In this document: positions 48,435 to 53,487 of the stretch, piece after piece
Layout: every line of letters starts with the position of its first letter
How positions within the stretch are numbered: the stretch's first letter is position 1
From: Chitinophaga pinensis
Lineage (GTDB): Bacteria > Bacteroidota > Bacteroidia > UKL13-3
DNA: 53,487 bases
Assembly (NCBI GenBank): GCA_945873755.1
Contig: CAMCEM010000005.1
Coordinates: 1 to 53,487 of the forward strand
Direction: 5' to 3'
The notes under the pieces: model-generated
What the model saw: only the letters and a program-made list of their open reading frames with translations
Told to the model about the DNA's origin: nothing
Databases searched by the model: none
Made by a program: the position numbers and the translations under genes

Positions 48435-51074
48435 ATGAAAATACTTGACATTAAAACCATGCGTGGACCAAATTATTGGAGTGTTCGCAGACATAAATTA
48501 ATTCAAATGCGTTTGGATTTGGAAGATTTAGAACAAAAACCAACAAATGTTATTGATGGTTTTGGAGAGCGTTTAGAAAAAATGTTTCCATCTATGTTTA
48601 GCCACAGATGTTCGGTTGGTAAACCAGGAGGTTTTTTTAGCAGGGTAAAAGAAGGAACTTGGATGGGACATGTTATAGAACATATTGCACTCGAAATTCA
48701 ATCGTTGGCTGGAATGGAAACAGGTTTTGGTAGAACACGATCTACTGGAAAAGATGGTATTTACAACGTAGTATTTAGCTACATGGAAGAAAAAGCGGGT
48801 GTTTTTGCAGCTAGGGCAGCTGTAAGAATTGCAGAAGCTTTAATTGATGGAAACGAATATGATTTACCAGCAGATATTCAAGAACTGAGAGTTATAAGAG
48901 AAGACGAAAGACTTGGGCCAAGCACTGGTTGTATAGTTGATGAAGCTGTAGCAAGAGGAATTCCTTACATAAGATTAAATAGAAACTCTTTGGTTCAACT
49001 AGGTTATGGTGTAAATCAAAAAAGAATTAGAGCCACAATTGCAAGTACTACAGGGTGCATAGCTGTAGATATTGCTTGTGATAAAGAAGAAACAAAAAAC
49101 CTACTAGGTGCTGCTGAAATTCCTGTTCCTAAAGGTAGGATTGTATATGGTGAAGAAGGATTACAAGCTGCTATTGAAAGTATAAAATATCCAATTGTTA
49201 CAAAACCAGTTGATGGCAACCATGGTAAAGGTGCTACTACAAATATTACAAACTGGGATGATGCAGTTAAAGGTTTGGAAGCTGCTAAAAAATATTCAAG
49301 AGGAATAATAGTAGAAAAATTTATTACCGGTTTAGACCACAGAGTATTGGTAATTAATTATAAATTTATTGCTGCTGCAATTCGTAAACCTGCTGCTATT
49401 ACTGGCGATGGAGTGCACACCATTGACGAATTAATAGATATTACAAACCAAGACCCACGAAGAGGATATGGCCATGAAAAAACTTTAACCAGTATAAAAA
49501 TTGATCAATTTACTTTAGATATTTTAGAACAAAAAAACTTAACATTAGATAGTGTTTTACCTAATGGCTTAGAATTATGGCTAAAACCAACTGCCAATTT
49601 ATCAACTGGAGGAACTGCAACTGATATAACCGATTTGGTTCATCCTGATAATATTTTTATGTGCGAACGCATTGCAAAAATTATTGGATTAGATATTTGT
49701 GGAATAGATATTATGGCCGAAACGCTTTCGGAACCAGTAAGCGAAACTGGAGGTGGAGTAATTGAGGTAAATGCTGCACCTGGTTTTAGAATGCATATAG
49801 ATCCAGCTGAAGGTTTGCCTCGTAACATTGCAGAACCTGTTATTGATATGTTGTATCCATTAGGAAGTTCAGCCCGAATTCCAATTATTGCTGTAACTGG
49901 AACAAACGGAAAAACTACCACTACTAGATTAATGGCGCACATGGTAAAAACTATGGGACACAAAGTTGGTTATACTACTACCGATGGTGTTTATATTCAA
50001 AACCAATTAATGATGCGAGGCGACTGTACTGGCCCTGTTAGTGCTGAATTTGTATTGAAAGATCCAACTGTTGATTTTGCAGTATTAGAATGTGCCCGCG
50101 GAGGGATTTTACGTTCAGGATTAGGTTTTCATAATTGCGATATTGCTATTGTTACAAACATAGCAGAAGATCATTTGGGAATTGGAGATATTGATACAAT
50201 TGAACAACTAGCTAGAGTTAAAGCAGTAGTTCCTGAAAGCGTTCTACCAGCTGGTTATGCTATATTAAATGCAGATAATATTTACACTGCTGCAATGACT
50301 AAAGATTTAAGATGCAAACATGCTTTTTTTAGTATGGATGAAAACAATCCAATTATTAAAGCTCATATCAATGCGGGTGGTTTAGCAGCCATTTACGAAA
50401 ACGATTACGTTACTATTTGTAAAGGTACTTGGAAAATTAGGGTTGAAAAAGCAGTTAATATTCCACTTACTTTTGGTGGAAGAGCCACATACAATATAGC
50501 CAATGTTTTACCTGTAATTTTAGCTGCATTTATTCGCAATTATAAAATAGAAGACATGCGTTTGGCTTTAGCTACTTTTATTCCAGGACCTACCCAAACT
50601 CCTGGTAGAATGAATATTTTTAACTTTAAAAACTTCCAGGTAATGGTTGATTATGCCCACAATACTGCGGGTTTTGAAGCAATAGCCGACATGTTAAGTA
50701 AAGTTAATGCAACAGAAAAAGTGGGTGTAATAGCTGGTGTTGGAGATAGAAGAGATGAAGATACCACTAATTTAGGAAAAGTAGCTGCAAAAATGTTTGA
50801 TACAATTGTTATTCGTCAAGATAAAAACTTAAGAGGAAAAACAGAACAAGAAATTATTGATTTGATAACAAATGGAGTAAAAGAAGTAAATCCTAGCAAA
50901 GAAATAATTACAATTAAAAAAGAAAAAGAAGCTATTGAATATGTAATTAAAAATGCAAAAAAAGGAAGTTTTATTACCATTTGCAGCGATGTAGTTCCAG
51001 ATGCTTTGGATCAAATAATGAAATTAAAAGAAGCAGAAGATTTAGGCCATATAGAACTAGGAATGAATGAATAG
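48435..51074 (+). CDS. cphA: Cyanophycin synthetase (CphA1)
   Basis: RGPNYWS, LGPST, ATP-grasp KP.DGNHGKG, EVNAAPG, Mur-ligase VTGTNGKTTT, DYAHN; 879 aa. Confidence 0.96.
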   Translation: MKILDIKTMRGPNYWSVRRHKLIQMRLDLEDLEQKPTNVIDGFGERLEKMFPSMFSHRCSVGKPGGFFSRVKEGTWMGHVIEHIALEIQSLAGMETGFGRTRSTGKDGIYNVVFSYMEEKAGVFAARAAVRIAEALIDGNEYDLPADIQELRVIREDERLGPSTGCIVDEAVARGIPYIRLNRNSLVQLGYGVNQKRIRATIASTTGCIAVDIACDKEETKNLLGAAEIPVPKGRIVYGEEGLQAAIESIKYPIVTKPVDGNHGKGATTNITNWDDAVKGLEAAKKYSRGIIVEKFITGLDHRVLVINYKFIAAAIRKPAAITGDGVHTIDELIDITNQDPRRGYGHEKTLTSIKIDQFTLDILEQKNLTLDSVLPNGLELWLKPTANLSTGGTATDITDLVHPDNIFMCERIAKIIGLDICGIDIMAETLSEPVSETGGGVIEVNAAPGFRMHIDPAEGLPRNIAEPVIDMLYPLGSSARIPIIAVTGTNGKTTTTRLMAHMVKTMGHKVGYTTTDGVYIQNQLMMRGDCTGPVSAEFVLKDPTVDFAVLECARGGILRSGLGFHNCDIAIVTNIAEDHLGIGDIDTIEQLARVKAVVPESVLPAGYAILNADNIYTAAMTKDLRCKHAFFSMDENNPIIKAHINAGGLAAIYENDYVTICKGTWKIRVEKAVNIPLTFGGRATYNIANVLPVILAAFIRNYKIEDMRLALATFIPGPTQTPGRMNIFNFKNFQVMVDYAHNTAGFEAIADMLSKVNATEKVGVIAGVGDRRDEDTTNLGKVAAKMFDTIVIRQDKNLRGKTEQEIIDLITNGVKEVNPSKEIITIKKEKEAIEYVIKNAKKGSFITICSDVVPDALDQIMKLKEAEDLGHIELGMNE

Positions 51075-51097
51075 ATGGTTGTACTTATAAATTGGGA

Positions 51098-51188
51098 GTT
51101 ATATTGTTGAATGGTTATATTGTTGAATGGTTATATTGTTGAATGGTTAAATTGTTAAATGGTTAAATTGTTGTATGGTTAATTATAT
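51098..51188. repeat. 16-bp (2 x 8-mer) tandem repeat
   Basis: gttatattgttgaatg x3 followed by two degenerate copies. Confidence 0.9.
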
Positions 51189-51275
51189 TTAAAATGTTAC
51201 TTACAACAATATTAATTTAATAATTCCAATACCATTGATTGATTAAATGTAAATTTAACAATACCGCCAAAATGC

Positions 51276-51310
51276 AAAAAGCTGCTTAATGTTTGTTAAG
51301 CAGCTTTTTT
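51276..51310. terminator. Bidirectional intrinsic terminator
   Basis: aaaaagctgcttaa / ttaagcagcttttt between convergent genes. Confidence 0.88.
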
Positions 51311-51322
51311 ATTTAAAAGATT

Positions 51323-52411
51323 TTATTTTTTTTCGAATAAAAACATAGGATACTCCCCATTTAAACCCGTGTATGAAGGATTTTTTTCTTCATAGTTCCA
51401 TATTCCTTTTAATATCTGTTTGCCAAAAAGCCAAGGATGAATGTAAAAACGCATAAAAGGCACACTAATAGAACGCCACACCGCTAAAGTAAAAGGCATT
51501 GGCATATTGTTTTTAAAATGGTCGTAATTGTGTGCATGGAAATACAACATTTTAGCTGGTGCAGCTTTTCCAGTAGCACTAGCAAACAAATTTAATATTC
51601 TATGTTTAAAAAATTCCAATGCCCTAAAAGGTAACAATGAAATATTCATCCATGGAGAATGTTTGTACCAATCATATACTACAACTCCCCTACCATTTGT
51701 TATTAAAACTCTATACAATTCTGCCATGGCTTTAATCTGCTCTTCTTTAGGAATATGGTAAATGGCATTTAACGAAATAAATCCATCAACAGTTCCTTCT
51801 TTTATTGGCAAATTTGTTATATCACACAGTAAGCAAATTGCTTTATCGCCTAATTTTTTCTTGCATTCCAACAATCCTTGAATAGATAAATCGGCACAAA
51901 TTCGGTATTCGTAATTTTCTGAATATTGCAAATAATCGGTAAATTGAAGTGCACCTGAACCACCATCTAACATGTATTTACCTTTTTTATTTAAATACCT
52001 ATTTACACGTGCATGGCAATTTTTAATATATTCGGCACTCATTGGGCGCAAATCTTCAAAAATTATTGCATCTTCATACTCTTCTCCTTCTTCATGGTGC
52101 CAACCTCTGTCATCATAAAAATTCTTTACTAATTTTTTATCATCACTTAGTAATTCACCTTGAACTTTATCAAAACTATCAACCAATGCTAAATCGGAAA
52201 GTAATACTACTACCCCTTTAATAATCGGATAAATATAACTGCCATCAACTGTGGTAAGTCCTTTTTCTATTTTATAATCTATTAGTTTGCCATCTACTTG
52301 CCAAATTTTACCTTGTGCTAACAGTTCATTAATTTTTTCAATTTCTGCACTGGTTAACTCACGTAAATTGTTACCAGTAAAAGTACACTTTAGTATATTA
52401 ATCCATTCCAT
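51323..52411 (-). CDS. Class I SAM-dependent methyltransferase with Trm112-like N-terminal domain
   Basis: N-terminal LKC..T...L and YPIIKGVVVLL; LDGGSG, ADLS, DITNLP, ELYRVL; start MEWINI at 52411 preferred. Confidence 0.82.
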   Translation of the reverse strand: MEWINILKCTFTGNNLRELTSAEIEKINELLAQGKIWQVDGKLIDYKIEKGLTTVDGSYIYPIIKGVVVLLSDLALVDSFDKVQGELLSDDKKLVKNFYDDRGWHHEEGEEYEDAIIFEDLRPMSAEYIKNCHARVNRYLNKKGKYMLDGGSGALQFTDYLQYSENYEYRICADLSIQGLLECKKKLGDKAICLLCDITNLPIKEGTVDGFISLNAIYHIPKEEQIKAMAELYRVLITNGRGVVVYDWYKHSPWMNISLLPFRALEFFKHRILNLFASATGKAAPAKMLYFHAHNYDHFKNNMPMPFTLAVWRSISVPFMRFYIHPWLFGKQILKGIWNYEEKNPSYTGLNGEYPMFLFEKK

Positions 52412-52516
52412 AAACACTTTGTTTTTATAAACATGCAAATAATATTAAAAACCACAGAGATACAAAGCTTTTTTTAAGCCTAGTTAATAACATTGTACAT
52501 TTTACAGCTCTATAAA

Positions 52517-52547
52517 TAAAAAAAGCCCACTATTGCTAGCGGGCTTT
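52517..52547 (-). terminator. Intrinsic terminator after rplT
   Basis: aaagcccacta / tagcgggcttt with T tail on the minus strand. Confidence 0.8.
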
Positions 52548-52580
52548 ATATAATCGAAAATTGTATTGTTAGTTAAAAAT

Positions 52581-52925
52581 TTATTTTACTTTTTCAACAA
52601 TGGCTTTAAATGCATCAGGATGATTCATTGCTAAATCGGCCAATACTTTACGGTTTAAAGCTAAATTACTTTTAGCAGCTAAACCAATAAATTGGCTGTA
52701 GCTTAAACCATATTGACGCACACCTGCGTTAATACGCACTATCCAAAGTGAACGAAAATTTCGTTTTTTGGTTTTTCTATCGCGGTAAGCATAATTTAGA
52801 CCTTTGTCTATAGTATGTTTGGCAACTGTTAATACATTTTTTCTTGCACCCCAATAGCCTTTAGCTAATTTTAGGAGTTTTTTTCTGCGCCTTCTTGAGG
52901 CTACTGAATTGACTGAACGTGGCAT
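52581..52925 (-). CDS. rplT: 50S ribosomal protein L20
   Basis: [34 protein letters not shown]. Confidence 0.98.
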   Translation of the reverse strand: MPRSVNSVASRRRRKKLLKLAKGYWGARKNVLTVAKHTIDKGLNYAYRDRKTKKRNFRSLWIVRINAGVRQYGLSYSQFIGLAAKSNLALNRKVLADLAMNHPDAFKAIVEKVK

Positions 52926-52944
52926 AATTTAATTTTAGTTTTTT

Positions 52945-52994
52945 GAACCTAAGCGACCACTTCGGTTAAGTGTGATTCTTTGGAGCTTTTGTTC
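52945..52994 (-). promoter_or_regulatory. Candidate structured RNA between rpmI and rplT
   Basis: On the mRNA, GAAC-AA-AAGC / GCUU-AG-GUUC outer stem enclosing a CACUU/AAGUG hairpin. Confidence 0.45.
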
Positions 52995-53103
52995 GGGTTT
53001 ATACTTGTTTGAAACCGAGTTTGGAAAAATAAATGGTTGTACTGTTTTATTGCTAAATTGTTGTTTTGTTAGAAAATAAATTCTATCAACCGACAACTAA
53101 CAA

Positions 53104-53304
53104 CTATTTACCTATTCCTAATAAATTTTTTATCAACCCCATATCAGGTTCGCTAATGTAACCACCTTTGGTTAAGTTACGTTTACGTTTGGTTGATTTT
53201 TTTGTTAAAATGTGGCTTTTGTAAGCTGAGCCTCTTTTAATTTTACCACTTGGAGTGGTTTTGAAGCGCTTTTTGGCCGCACTGTTTGTTTTTACTTTTG
53301 GCAT
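53104..53304 (-). CDS. rpmI: 50S ribosomal protein L35
   Basis: MPKVKT..AAKKRF, HILTKKS.KRKR.L. Confidence 0.97.
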   Translation of the reverse strand: MPKVKTNSAAKKRFKTTPSGKIKRGSAYKSHILTKKSTKRKRNLTKGGYISEPDMGLIKNLLGIGK

Positions 53305-53346
53305 TTTAATCTCCGATTCTTTTTATACTTTACAATTTATCGATTT

Positions 53347-53487
53347 CTATTTTTTAGGTTTTGGACTCATAATTAAATTCATCTTCTTACCTTCTAATTT
53401 TGGTAGCATATCTACTTTTCCCCACTCTGATAATTTTTGAGCAAACTGCAAAAGCAATACTTCACCTCTTTCTTTATAAACAATTGA
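53347..53487 (-). CDS. infC: Translation initiation factor IF-3, C-terminal part (truncated by the window edge)
   Basis: Manual translation [46 protein letters not shown]; infC-rpmI-rplT synteny; absent from the ORF track. Confidence 0.92.
   Translation of the reverse strand, partial: SIVYKERGEVLLLQFAQKLSEWGKVDMLPKLEGKKMNLIMSPKPKK

Noticed and set aside
922-53440. Numerous 60-170-aa ORFs overlapping longer genes (e.g. 2900-3208, 22061-22453, 37031-37465, 43635-44147, 53255-53440)
   Set aside because: Antisense or out-of-frame shadows of well-supported genes, with no recognisable motifs.

Overview
AT-rich bacterial chromosome segment, most likely Bacteroidota (T9SS C-terminal sorting domains, TAnnTTTG promoter boxes, lptE-orf-secG order). 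Most genes are housekeeping: recF, queE, a sufB-C-D-S-E-sufT operon, psd, rlmN, gcvP, secG, lptE, aspC, an rfaE1-type kinase, ppk1, an M16 peptidase, gyrA, ffh, polX-PHP, fhs, ald, cphA and infC(partial)-rpmI-rplT. Accessory genes include three T9SS cargo proteins, a hicAB toxin-antitoxin pair, an LRR-kinase and a Trm112-like methyltransferase fusion. I saw no rRNA, tRNA, CRISPR-cas or transposase. The most unusual signal is non-coding. (1) A GxxExxY nuclease-fold gene inside the suf operon is bracketed by inverted 9-mer repeat arms, and an empty copy of the same arms lies one gene away. (2) Every suf intergenic spacer carries an inverted short-period repeat cassette. (3) A roughly 410-bp two-level array has constant 45-nt blocks separated by runs of TWTRAAG heptamers. 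(4) A REP-like palindrome is inserted in frame in sufS. Several other REP/MITE-like structured elements are also present. All product calls come from motif recognition by eye, not from database searches.
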